A stretch of 64,000 nt of DNA from Patescibacteria group bacterium (GTDB lineage: Bacteria > Patescibacteriota > Minisyncoccia > Phycocordibacterales > CAIZLB01): the NCBI GenBank assembly GCA_040384865.1, contig JAZKIM010000004.1, forward strand, positions 75,974-139,973. The letters run 5' to 3'. Position 1 is the stretch's first letter. Each line of letters begins with the position of its first letter. The translations under genes and the position numbers were made by a program. Shown in pieces: positions 10,514 to 19,555 of the stretch. A model generated the notes under the pieces. It searched no databases. It had not been told where the DNA came from and saw only the letters and a program-made list of their open reading frames with translations.

Positions 10514-10543
10514 AAAAGTTTTTAGATATGCTTAAATAGGGGC

Positions 10544-11176
10544 ATGCATACTACCAAAAAAACATCTTTAGATCACCATAGATTCGAGCGAACGCTTGTT
10601 ATTATCAAACCCGACGGCATCCAGCGAAGTCTTATAGGGGAAATTATCGGACGATATGAGCGGATTGGTCTTAAATTGATTGGTCTTAAATTGATGGTGC
10701 CAACTGAAGAAATGGTGGAGCAACACTACACACTCGATCCTGAGTGGCGTCGGGTTACAGGAGAGAAGACTATAAAAGGCTACTTGGATAAGGGATTAAC
10801 TCCTCCAGTTACTGATCCATACGAAGTAACCTCAACACTTTTAATGAGGCTGAAGAAATACTTAACAGCAGGTCCTGTGATCGCAATGGTTTGGCAGGGT
10901 GCACATGCGGTTGAGATTGTGAGAAAGATAACTGGAAGCACTGAACCTCTTAAATCTCCAGTTGGAACTATTCGCGGTGATTACGTCCTCGATTCATATC
11001 AAATGACAGACAGTGATGGTCGTGCCATTCGCAATCTCATTCACGCTTCTGGTTCTCCTAAGGAAGCTGAAGACGAGATTACTCATTGGTTTAAGCCTGA
11101 GGAGTTACTTGACTATAAGCTCGTACAGGAGCAGATCACGTATTCGGCTAATATAATTGGAATATTTGGCGAATAA
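10544..11176 (+). CDS. ndk: Nucleoside diphosphate kinase
   Basis: ERTLVIIKPDGIQR, GTIRGDY, RNLIHASGS. Confidence 0.96.
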   Translation: MHTTKKTSLDHHRFERTLVIIKPDGIQRSLIGEIIGRYERIGLKLIGLKLMVPTEEMVEQHYTLDPEWRRVTGEKTIKGYLDKGLTPPVTDPYEVTSTLLMRLKKYLTAGPVIAMVWQGAHAVEIVRKITGSTEPLKSPVGTIRGDYVLDSYQMTDSDGRAIRNLIHASGSPKEAEDEITHWFKPEELLDYKLVQEQITYSANIIGIFGE

Positions 11177-11285
11177 CCTGGTTGTTTTGTGATTTATGAA
11201 GAAAAGTTCATAAACAGCGCATTGCAATAACAATTTCCCTTCATGTAAAGATTGCGAGAAGTTTTAAAAGTATAATAATGAACTT

Positions 11286-11409
11286 AGGGTTACTGGATAT
11301 GTTGGCTTAGATTATTTTCAAAACAGGGAGGTCACGTAGACTTGTGCCTTGGCACAGGCTCAGGCCACCCACCTAGATTACACTAGGTCCAACATTTCAC
11401 GGTAATCCT
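11286..11409 (+). ncRNA. ssrS: Putative compact 6S RNA
   Basis: Long closing stem AGGGUUACUGGAUAUGUUGG/CCAACAUUUCACGGUAAUCCU; A/U-rich central bubble; GGGAG...CACCCACCU motif; 3' bubble hairpin ACCUAG-AUUACA-CUAGGU; TATAAT at 11271-11276. Confidence 0.78.
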
Positions 11410-11410
11410 C

Positions 11411-11456
11411 GCAAAAACACTCGATGCCCTTACCGGCTTCGGGTGTTTGTGCTTTT
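11411..11456 (+). terminator. Terminator-like hairpin after the 6S-like RNA
   Basis: GCAAAAACACTCGA...TCGGGTGTTTGTGC followed by TTTT. Confidence 0.6.
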
Positions 11457-11509
11457 ATATATAGCCCCTATTTCGTCGTCGGTAGAGCCTCATGTATAAT
11501 CATAAATAT

Positions 11510-11923
11510 ATGTCATTACGAGTGCGATTTGCGGTAATAATGGTTTTAATCCTCGTGCTCTTTTGTCTAGATCTGGTTGCTACTAAATTCTACTTATACT
11601 GGTCTTTCGAATGGTTAGACAATTTGATGCATGTGTTTGGAGGATTCCTTGCCGGGAATATGGTACTCATTGGCAGGCAAGTGGTTGCAAGAAAAAAAGG
11701 AGAGGATGAAATATCAAAGAAAAGTTTATTTTTCGTAGCAATTCTCGGCGGACTACTGGTCGGCACGTTATGGGAGTTGATTGAATATTTGTTCGGTGTC
11801 TCTCATTTAGGACCTCGTTTTGTTTGGGATACGTTCGTTGATTTGATCATGGATATGGTCGGCGCAGCTTCCGCATATATTACTTGGATAAAGATACCTC
11901 ATAAACCTTATACAACAGCATAA
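11510..11923 (+). CDS. Small four-TM membrane protein (DUF2238/VanZ-like)
   Basis: WLDNLMHVFGG, LWELIEY, DTFVDLIMDMVG; likely start 11510, downstream of TATAAT. Confidence 0.7.
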   Translation: MSLRVRFAVIMVLILVLFCLDLVATKFYLYWSFEWLDNLMHVFGGFLAGNMVLIGRQVVARKKGEDEISKKSLFFVAILGGLLVGTLWELIEYLFGVSHLGPRFVWDTFVDLIMDMVGAASAYITWIKIPHKPYTTA

Positions 11924-13392
11924 TGCATTACATAGAACATTTGTCGGATATTCAGAAGGACGGAAAATTGAGACTGACATTTTGTGGGGGCGTTGGTTCA
12001 GTTACCGGTGCCAATTTTTTATTAGAAGGTCCGTTGCAAGTAGGTGAGGCAAGCAAGACAAATAATGTTTTAAAGATATTGGTTGATTGCGGAATGGAGC
12101 AGGGAGGGCCACTTGCCGACGCTTCGAATCGAAAGCCTTTTATCTATGACCCAAAAACCGCAGATATATTGCTTGTGACACATGCCCACATGGATCATGT
12201 TGGGAGGATAGCAAAGCTTGTCCATGATGGTTTTGATGGTGTTATATATTCAACACCAGAAACAATGGAGTTAGCCACTCTTATGCTCGAGGATGCGCTT
12301 AAGTTAACCACCATGGAAGCAATGGAGAAAAAACTGCCGGCCCTTTTTGGAGAGGCCGATGTAAAAAAATCTTTTGCAATATGGAAAGCTATTCCGTACC
12401 ATATTCCAACCGTGTTGTCGCCGGGGTATGAGGTATATTTAAAAGACGCGGGACATGTATTGGGTTCAACCATGTATGAATTGACATACACAGCACCGGC
12501 CGGGGTACTCGACAAAAAAGGTCAACCATACAAGCGAAAGGTGGTATTTACCGGAGACCTAGGGAATAGTCCAACTCCTCTTTTAAAGGACACAGAAAAA
12601 ATAGATGATGCCGACTATTTGCTTATGGAAAGTGTGTATGGCGACAGAAATCATGAAGATAGGGAATTGCGCCTTGAGAAACTGGAGCAGGCCATTGAGA
12701 GCAACACAGCTCGTGGAGGCACCCTCCTTATCCCGTCTTTTTCTCTTGAAAAGACCCAGGAGCTATTATTTGAAATTCACCGAATGATGGATGAAAAGAA
12801 GCTGCCCCGAACTCAGGTATATCTAGATTCTCCCTTAGCTATTAAACTTACAGAAATGTATCGAAGGTTGAATGGTCAATTCAATACAGGTGCTGAAGCG
12901 GATATAGCTCGCGGCCACGACCTATTTACCTTTCCAGGATTGCAGGTGGTCGAAGATGCCGACGCATCAAAGGCAATCAAGTATGCGCCTGCTCCAAAAA
13001 TCATTATTGCTGGATCGGGAATGTCTAATGGTGGGAGGATTCAACATCACGAATTGAATTATTTGAGTGATTCAAGAACCACTTTGTTATTGATCGGTTA
13101 CCAGGCGGTTGGGACACTTGGTCGGCAAATTCAAGAAGGAGCGAAGCGTATCACTATTTACAACAAAGAAGTTGTAGTCAATGCAACCATCGAACACATA
13201 GATGGATATTCATCGCATAAAGATTCGGATCATTTGGTTGAATTTGTGGAGCCAACAGCGGAAAAAGTTCGACAGGTATTTGTTGTTATGGGTGAAACGA
13301 AGTCGTCGTTGTTTTTGGTTCAGAGGTTAAGAGATTATTTAGGTGTGAATGCGGTTCACCCAAATGAGGGGGATACTGTGGTTCTTGAATAA
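11923..13392 (+). CDS. Metallo-beta-lactamase/beta-CASP RNase
   Basis: GGVGSVTGANF, LVDCG, THAHMDHVG, AGHVLGS, FTGDLG, MESVYGDR, YSSHKD. Confidence 0.93.
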   Translation: MHYIEHLSDIQKDGKLRLTFCGGVGSVTGANFLLEGPLQVGEASKTNNVLKILVDCGMEQGGPLADASNRKPFIYDPKTADILLVTHAHMDHVGRIAKLVHDGFDGVIYSTPETMELATLMLEDALKLTTMEAMEKKLPALFGEADVKKSFAIWKAIPYHIPTVLSPGYEVYLKDAGHVLGSTMYELTYTAPAGVLDKKGQPYKRKVVFTGDLGNSPTPLLKDTEKIDDADYLLMESVYGDRNHEDRELRLEKLEQAIESNTARGGTLLIPSFSLEKTQELLFEIHRMMDEKKLPRTQVYLDSPLAIKLTEMYRRLNGQFNTGAEADIARGHDLFTFPGLQVVEDADASKAIKYAPAPKIIIAGSGMSNGGRIQHHELNYLSDSRTTLLLIGYQAVGTLGRQIQEGAKRITIYNKEVVVNATIEHIDGYSSHKDSDHLVEFVEPTAEKVRQVFVVMGETKSSLFLVQRLRDYLGVNAVHPNEGDTVVLE

Positions 13393-13522
13393 ATAATTGA
13401 CTTTTAATTTTAGGATTTTTTGAGTGAAATCTTATTGTTCAACAGTATTATTGAAAGTGACATGATCCGGTAACTTCATGTCCATATTTTTTAAAATTAT
13501 GATTAGATGATATGGTAAACAT

Positions 13523-14206
13523 ATGAATTCAGTGCATAAATTTATTTCAATAACCAAGGATCTTGCCTCGTATATAAATAAGCTTCTTGATCGTGGCGAA
13601 AGTAAGAACATGAAAATGATTCGGGAAGATACGGAAGCTTTTGAACATGGAGAAATGCAGGCCCCGATTAGTCAGCTTCGGGTAATTGTCTCTATCATGC
13701 AGATGATCGGTGCGCGGCGGATATTGGAAGTAGGGACATTTCGTGGAATGACTGCTGCACGCCTGGCACAAGCTTTTCCTGCGGATATAATAGGAGCAAA
13801 AGTAGTGACCATTGAAAGAGATATCAGGTTTGTGGAAGAACTGAAGAAGCGCTGGGCTGATTTGGGAGTGATGGAAAAGATCGATTTACGGAGCGGCCAG
13901 GCTGCCGATATCCTCGATAGGCTTGCGGATGAAATTTCTTTGGAGGGTTACTTCGATCTTGCTTTTATTGACGCCGATAAGGAACAGTATAAAAACTATA
14001 CTGAAAAAGTATTGCAACTAATTCGACCAGGAGGGGTTATTCTTGTCGACAATACCTTGTGGAGAGGGGAGGTGGCGGGCACGGATACACAATCAAATTT
14101 GACGAAATATGTTCAGGATTTTAACGAATGGGTGTTTGAAAAGTTTGGGGAAAATGCCAGTATTATTCCCGCATGGGATGGAATGACAATTATTGTAAAG
14201 GAATAA
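13523..14206 (+). CDS. Class I SAM-dependent O-methyltransferase (CCoAOMT/TrmR-like)
   Basis: ILEVGTFRG, FDLAFIDADK, GGVILVDNTLWRG. Confidence 0.92.
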   Translation: MNSVHKFISITKDLASYINKLLDRGESKNMKMIREDTEAFEHGEMQAPISQLRVIVSIMQMIGARRILEVGTFRGMTAARLAQAFPADIIGAKVVTIERDIRFVEELKKRWADLGVMEKIDLRSGQAADILDRLADEISLEGYFDLAFIDADKEQYKNYTEKVLQLIRPGGVILVDNTLWRGEVAGTDTQSNLTKYVQDFNEWVFEKFGENASIIPAWDGMTIIVKE

Positions 14207-14257
14207 ACAAGGTTTATTCCACAAGGGAGAATTCTCTCTGCATGTTATAATCCTCAT

Positions 14258-15235
14258 ATGAATATTTACGTTACACGCCAAATTCCGCAGATCGGAATCG
14301 ATATGTTAAAAAATAAAGGCTATACAGTCGATGTTGGCACCGACAGAGAGCCTCCTTCAAAGCGTCGTTTGATGAAAATGATTTCGAAGAAGCCGTACGA
14401 TGCCATTCTTACACTTCTTACTGATCCTGTAGATAATGAATTTTTACAGGCAGCAGGTCCTCAACTCAAAGTTGTCTCAAATTATGCTGTTGGTTTTAAT
14501 AATTTTAATGTAAAGGATGCGGCCGATCGTAATGTGGTGTTGACTAACACTGTTGGTGTTTCCAGTGACTGTGTTGCCGAACACTCTCTTGCTTTGATGC
14601 TCGCATTGACTACTCGGATTACTGAAGCTGATCAGTTTATGAAAAAGGGAAAGTACAAAGGATGGGACCCTATGCTTCTTATAGGTACTGACCTTTGCGG
14701 TAAGACTATCGGGCTTGTCGGGGCCGGGCATATTGGATCACGAGTTGCCATGCACTTAGTTAAAGGTTTTGAGTGTAAGGTTCTTTATTACGATGTAAAG
14801 CGAAACGAAGATGTTGAAAAGCAAGGTGCTATTTTTGTCGAAAAACTTGAAGATGTTTTGGCACAGGCAGATATTGTAAGTCTCCATGTCCCGCTTTTAC
14901 CAAGCACTCAGCATCTAATGAATGAGGCGCGATTAAAAATGATGAAGCCGACAGCTTTTCTCATCAACACATCAAGAGGTCCTGTAGTAGATGAAAAAGC
15001 TCTTGTTGCAGCACTTCAAAAGGGCACCATTAAAGGCGCTGGCCTCGATGTTTATGAAGATGAGCCGAATCTTGCCCGAGGCTTGATTAAATTGTCAAAC
15101 GTTGTACTCACACCACATATTGCTTCAGCCCGCGAAAGCGCACGAAATGATATGGCAATAGCTGCCGCGCAGAATATTATAGATGTTCTTGAGGGAAGAG
15201 AACCAAAAGGTAAAATTCAAACACCAACAGCTTAG
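14258..15235 (+). CDS. D-2-hydroxyacid dehydrogenase (glyoxylate reductase/D-glycerate dehydrogenase)
   Basis: GAGHIG, SLHVPL, LINTSRGPVVDE, GLDVYEDEP, TPHIAS. Confidence 0.93.
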   Translation: MNIYVTRQIPQIGIDMLKNKGYTVDVGTDREPPSKRRLMKMISKKPYDAILTLLTDPVDNEFLQAAGPQLKVVSNYAVGFNNFNVKDAADRNVVLTNTVGVSSDCVAEHSLALMLALTTRITEADQFMKKGKYKGWDPMLLIGTDLCGKTIGLVGAGHIGSRVAMHLVKGFECKVLYYDVKRNEDVEKQGAIFVEKLEDVLAQADIVSLHVPLLPSTQHLMNEARLKMMKPTAFLINTSRGPVVDEKALVAALQKGTIKGAGLDVYEDEPNLARGLIKLSNVVLTPHIASARESARNDMAIAAAQNIIDVLEGREPKGKIQTPTA

Positions 15236-15256
15236 CGTCATGTTATCATTATCTCA

Positions 15257-15922
15257 ATGCCAAAATTTAATCTGCATAATAACAATAAGCATAATCATTT
15301 GATACATAAGATCGGCGTATCCGGAGCGGCTGATATTGCCTTTTTGGGGCCTGAAGCTCTGGAAATAGCTAAAGAGCTTGGAAGGGAAATAGCTCGCCAA
15401 GATGTTGTCATGCTTTCAGGAGCAACTACCGGATTTCCTTTTTGGGCTGCTGTAGGTTGCAAAGAAGAAAATGGCGTTTCTATCGGCTTTTCTCCAGCTG
15501 AAGGTCCTCGCGAACATCAGGAGGTCTACCGCCTTCCTGTCGACTACATGGATCTCATCATCTATACCGGCTTTGGGTATAACGGGCGAGATCTTTTGTT
15601 TACACGATCAACCGATGCTGTCGTCATTGGTCCAGGACGTATTGGTACCATCCATGAATTCACCATTGCATATGAAGACGGTAAGCCGATCGGCATTTTA
15701 GAAGGGGAGGGTAAATGGCAGACAGACGAAGTGATCAGGACAATTCTTGAAAAGAGTCATCGGATAAATAAAAAGATTGTGTTTGATAAGGACCCAAAGA
15801 ATCTCATTGCAAAGCTGAAGAAGATGATAGATGAAGACAAAAAACTTTTACGTACATATGAAAATGTAGAGCAAGGCACTGCGATAGACGCTCCTGTAAA
15901 GAGCCGTGATCGTATTCTATAA
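15257..15922 (+). CDS. LOG/SLOG family protein (TIGR00725-like)
   Basis: IGVSGAA, SGATTGFP, IYTGFGYNGRD, PGRIGTIHEF. Confidence 0.8.
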   Translation: MPKFNLHNNNKHNHLIHKIGVSGAADIAFLGPEALEIAKELGREIARQDVVMLSGATTGFPFWAAVGCKEENGVSIGFSPAEGPREHQEVYRLPVDYMDLIIYTGFGYNGRDLLFTRSTDAVVIGPGRIGTIHEFTIAYEDGKPIGILEGEGKWQTDEVIRTILEKSHRINKKIVFDKDPKNLIAKLKKMIDEDKKLLRTYENVEQGTAIDAPVKSRDRIL

Positions 15923-15958
15923 AACAAAAATACCACCGTTGGGTGGTATTTTTGTTTT
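15921..15958. terminator. Bidirectional intrinsic terminator
   Basis: AAAACAAAAATACCACC-GTTG-GGTGGTATTTTTGTTTT between convergent genes. Confidence 0.9.
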
Positions 15959-15960
15959 GG

Positions 15961-16305
15961 TTACATTACTGACTTAACGATTCTTTCGAATGAAGCCGGA
16001 ACATTCATCGCGAGATCTGCGAGGATCTTTCGGTCTACCTCGATATTCTTCTTTTTGAGAGCGCCGATGAAGGTGCTGTAAGAGTGACCGAGAGGGCGGA
16101 GCGCTGCGTTGATGCGGACGTTCCATAATCGTCGGAAGTCACCTTTCTTGTCTCGTCGGTGGCTGAATGCTGCCGCATATGAATGAACAAGTTGTTCATA
16201 AGCTAATCGCTCCTTGTTCTTTCGGCCGTTTCGAAAACCTTTAGCTGCCTTTAATATGTTTCGTCGTGTCTTTGCGGCGTGAACGCCTTTTTTTACTCGT
16301 ACCAT
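15961..16305 (-). CDS. rplT: 50S ribosomal protein L20
   Basis: MVRVKKG...KKGDFRRLWNVRINAA...DRKILADLA. Confidence 0.98.
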   Translation of the reverse strand: MVRVKKGVHAAKTRRNILKAAKGFRNGRKNKERLAYEQLVHSYAAAFSHRRDKKGDFRRLWNVRINAALRPLGHSYSTFIGALKKKNIEVDRKILADLAMNVPASFERIVKSVM

Positions 16306-16334
16306 GGGAGTTGGAAATTAAAAGTTATAAAGAA

Positions 16335-16526
16335 TTATTTAGAAACGCCAGACAAGAATCGTGACTTATCCTTGTTTGTCATTTTAAATGGCATGCTTCG
16401 ACTTTTTGCGATCTGCTTTCGTCCGCTTTCCTTTGCATTAAAGTGGTTCTGACCAGCTTTTCTTGAAGTGACCTTTCCATTCTTGCTCACTTTCAAGCGC
16501 TTTGCGAATGATTTGTTTGTTTTCAT
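16335..16526 (-). CDS. rpmI: 50S ribosomal protein L35
   Basis: MKTNKSFAKRLKVSKNGKV; lies between infC and rplT. Confidence 0.93.
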   Translation of the reverse strand: MKTNKSFAKRLKVSKNGKVTSRKAGQNHFNAKESGRKQIAKSRSMPFKMTNKDKSRFLSGVSK

Positions 16527-16610
16527 GTGTTTTACGCGAGGCGCCGTCTCTTTAGGACGGTCTTACGCATCTGCCTTGTTGTTTAACTTATAAATTTTGA
16601 GCTTCCTGTC

Positions 16611-17123
16611 TTATGCTTTCTCAATAAGAATTGTCATACCTTTTGGGCTCTTAACAGCAGGACCGGCGACATTGTAGTCGACAGTTAGCAACTTAAGGAG
16701 ACGGTCCATTCGCTCTCTGAGAAACTTCTCATCGAGGTATTTGGTTCGGCCGGGGAGGAAAAGGTCCATCTTGATTCGATGGCCTTCCGTGAGCCATTCT
16801 GAAGCTTTTTTAGCCTTCAAAGTGAGATCATGCTCGCCGGTACCGATTTTAACCTGGAGACTCTTGACTTCGACAACCTTCGCCTTAGATTTTGAGGCCT
16901 TTAGCTTCTTGTTCTCGTCGTACTGGAATTTACCATAATCCATGATTTTTGCAACCGGTGGATTGGCTTTTGGCGATATTTCTATGAGGTCTAGTCCGGC
17001 TTCTCGGGCACGAGAAAGGGCCTCCGAGATGGAGATGACGCCTATGTTTTCACCCTCGGCACCGATGACTCGGACCTCAGGGACTCTAATTTGATGGTTG
17101 ATGCGGACTGAAGGGATCGACAA
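16611..17123 (-). CDS. infC: Translation initiation factor IF-3 (non-AUG start)
   Basis: RINHQIRVPEVRVI, DLIEISP..PPVAKIMDYGKF; no in-frame ATG at the start (TTG at 17123). Confidence 0.96.
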   Translation of the reverse strand: MSIPSVRINHQIRVPEVRVIGAEGENIGVISISEALSRAREAGLDLIEISPKANPPVAKIMDYGKFQYDENKKLKASKSKAKVVEVKSLQVKIGTGEHDLTLKAKKASEWLTEGHRIKMDLFLPGRTKYLDEKFLRERMDRLLKLLTVDYNVAGPAVKSPKGMTILIEKA

Positions 17124-17177
17124 TGTGGTGTAATTTAGTGAGGTTAATATAGCATAAAAACAACTTTTTTCAAGTTT

Positions 17178-18260
17178 TTACAAAAACTTCCTTATCGGCC
17201 AAACCAAAAGTTCTAAAAATTGTGAAAGGTACGAACGCTTTTGCCATTGAGCGAAGGTGAGCTCGTCGGCGTTTTGAATATCATTCATGAAATGTCCGGC
17301 TACTTCACTAGCGAAGTGGTGATTGGATGCAACGATCCCTGATTCAAAATTGTACCGAAGACTGATATTGTCGAGATTGAGGGATCCAACCATTGCCCAA
17401 TTACCATCAATGACGGCTGTTTTCGAGTGAATCATCCCGCGATAGCGGTAAAGACGGATGCCCGCAGTGAGTACTCTGTGAAAATATGTGTGTGAGCCGC
17501 GATCTACCACAGGGTGATCAGAGTTTGTTGGTATGATGATGCGCACATCGACGCCTCGTCTTCGCGCAGCTACCAATGTTCGAAGCAGCCGTCTGTCAGG
17601 AAGAAAATATGGAGTAGTCAGGAATACATATGTCTGTGCATGACGAATTGTTTCGATCAGTCGACGATAGAGATGTCGTTGGCGGGGAAGAGGAGATTGA
17701 GTCAGGAAGGTAAATCCTTCAAGGTTCGTTTTTGCACCATCGCCCATGCCTAAGCTTTTCTTATGGGCTTTTTTCCAAATGAGTTCAAATGGAGATTGCA
17801 TTTGAACGATAATATTACCAGTTATTTCCAGTGTTGTTTCGCGCCAATACCTTACCCAGTCAACGATACAAACTCCGCCAGTGAAGGCTGTTTTCATGTC
17901 GACGATCAGTGTGCGGCGATGATCTCGGAAATACCAGATGCGTTTGTTTCCTTTTGAAAAGGGAAATATCCAGTTGAAAAAACGAACTTCGATGCCTGCT
18001 TGTTCCATTGCTTCGATGTACATTGATTGCCCGAGAGCAACACTACCCATAGCGTCTACTAACAATCGGACCCTTACACCGGCCTCTGCGCGTTCGATCA
18101 GGGCTTCAATGAATCGTTTTCCAATGTTGTCAGGGGCGAGATTGAATTGCTCTAAATCGATACTTGTTTGTGCATTGCGAATTGCCGAGATCATTGCTTC
18201 CCATGCGTGATGGGTGGTTGTATAGAATTTCCATGTGGTTTCTGGAGTGTTTGGCAACAT
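17178..18260 (-). CDS. Cardiolipin synthase-like phospholipase D
   Basis: First motif variant RDHRRTLIVD and canonical IHSKTAVID..VGSLNLD; likely ATG at 18260. Confidence 0.9.
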   Translation of the reverse strand: MLPNTPETTWKFYTTTHHAWEAMISAIRNAQTSIDLEQFNLAPDNIGKRFIEALIERAEAGVRVRLLVDAMGSVALGQSMYIEAMEQAGIEVRFFNWIFPFSKGNKRIWYFRDHRRTLIVDMKTAFTGGVCIVDWVRYWRETTLEITGNIIVQMQSPFELIWKKAHKKSLGMGDGAKTNLEGFTFLTQSPLPRQRHLYRRLIETIRHAQTYVFLTTPYFLPDRRLLRTLVAARRRGVDVRIIIPTNSDHPVVDRGSHTYFHRVLTAGIRLYRYRGMIHSKTAVIDGNWAMVGSLNLDNISLRYNFESGIVASNHHFASEVAGHFMNDIQNADELTFAQWQKRSYLSQFLELLVWPIRKFL

Positions 18261-18305
18261 ACTGTAAGTGTACAAGAAATTTGCCAAATGTCGTATAATG
18301 CTCTA

Positions 18306-19028
18306 ATGGCAGCTATATTTATACTTCTTACTTTTGTAGCTACATTCGTTGGTGGACTTGTCGGTCTACGATTTAAAGATCGAATGCATTTACTTCTCGG
18401 TTTTACTGCAGGGGTGCTTTTGGCGGTGGTTGCCTTCGATCTCCTTCCCGAGATATTTGAATTATCTCAGGACTCCGGATTAGGTCTTGAGATGCCTATG
18501 ATAACGTTAGTGTTGGGATTCTTGATATTTCATATTGCTGAGAAAATGCTACTCATTCATCATTCGCACGAGCAGCATTATGGGGAACATAAGCATCCAA
18601 CTGTTGGAGTACTTTCAGCTCTTGCCCTTGCAGCACATTCATTCCTTGATGGAGTGGCGATTGGTATAGGCTTTCAAGTTTCAACAGAAGTGGGAATCGC
18701 AGTTGCGTTTGCAGTGCTTGCCCATGACTTTTCAGATGGTCTTAATACGGTGTCCCTTATGGTTGCTCATAAAAATTCTGATAAAAAAGCACTTGGTTTC
18801 CTCGCTATTAGCGCCTTGGCGCCTGTCTTGGGCGGTTTGTCGACACTTTTTTTCACTCTTTCTGACACGGTCCTTCTTGGCTATCTTGGTTTCTTTGCCG
18901 GATTCCTTCTTTACATAGGCTCATCTGATATCTTGCCAGAAGCGCACAGTAAAGATTCATCGCTTCGCACAGTTTTTGCTACCGTGCTGGGTGTTGTGTT
19001 TATTTTTCTCGTTACTCGTATGCTGTAG
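18306..19028 (+). CDS. ZIP family metal transporter
   Basis: AGVLLAVVAFDLLPE, His-rich loop, HSFLDG, AHDFSDG, DILPEAH. Confidence 0.92.
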   Translation: MAAIFILLTFVATFVGGLVGLRFKDRMHLLLGFTAGVLLAVVAFDLLPEIFELSQDSGLGLEMPMITLVLGFLIFHIAEKMLLIHHSHEQHYGEHKHPTVGVLSALALAAHSFLDGVAIGIGFQVSTEVGIAVAFAVLAHDFSDGLNTVSLMVAHKNSDKKALGFLAISALAPVLGGLSTLFFTLSDTVLLGYLGFFAGFLLYIGSSDILPEAHSKDSSLRTVFATVLGVVFIFLVTRML

Positions 19029-19086
19029 TGTTACTAAAAAGATATTTATTTTTTGATAAATCAGAGAATACCCTTATAATAGGAGC

Positions 19087-19485
19087 ATGAAAGGATCTAG
19101 CTATCTTGAAGGTTTTAGTAAATTGAATCAAGAATCTCCTCGCGTCGGACACAAGGAGGTTCTTGATGCGCTCATACAGTTAAAAAAAGAGGGAATTAAT
19201 GATCTTCAGGATATGGAAAATAAGGATGTGCTGCGAGCATTCGAACTTTTTAAATTATGGGCAGCAGAAACTGAAGCTGAAGAAAATCTCCAGAAAAAAC
19301 TGATCGGATATTTGGATCAGTATGCTATCGGCCTAGAAGCTGATTGGGTAAATAACCCTAGCGAACTTAGAGAAATGGATAAAAATATTTCTCAGCAATT
19401 AGATCAAGTGGGAGACGATAATGTTCCTGATTTTAGAGAGAGGGTAAAATATTATAGAGACAAAATAAAAGAGAAATTGGGTTAA
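19087..19485 (+). CDS. Hypothetical acidic protein
   Basis: 132-aa ORF with TATAAT 6 nt upstream; no recognised motif. Confidence 0.7.
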   Translation: MKGSSYLEGFSKLNQESPRVGHKEVLDALIQLKKEGINDLQDMENKDVLRAFELFKLWAAETEAEENLQKKLIGYLDQYAIGLEADWVNNPSELREMDKNISQQLDQVGDDNVPDFRERVKYYRDKIKEKLG

Positions 19486-19555
19486 TGTCGTACATTCCTT
19501 GTTATAAGGAAGTTTTTGTGTTTAGATATATTAGTACACTATTTATATAATTTTA

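Noticed and set aside
11193-11214. Palindrome TTTATGAA-N6-TTCATAAA upstream of the 6S-like RNA
   Set aside because: Single AT-rich occurrence; cannot distinguish an operator from a weak ndk terminator or chance.
11286-11409. SRP (4.5S) RNA
   Set aside because: Lacks the helix-8 GNRA tetraloop and CAGG/AGCA internal loop; 6S motifs fit better.
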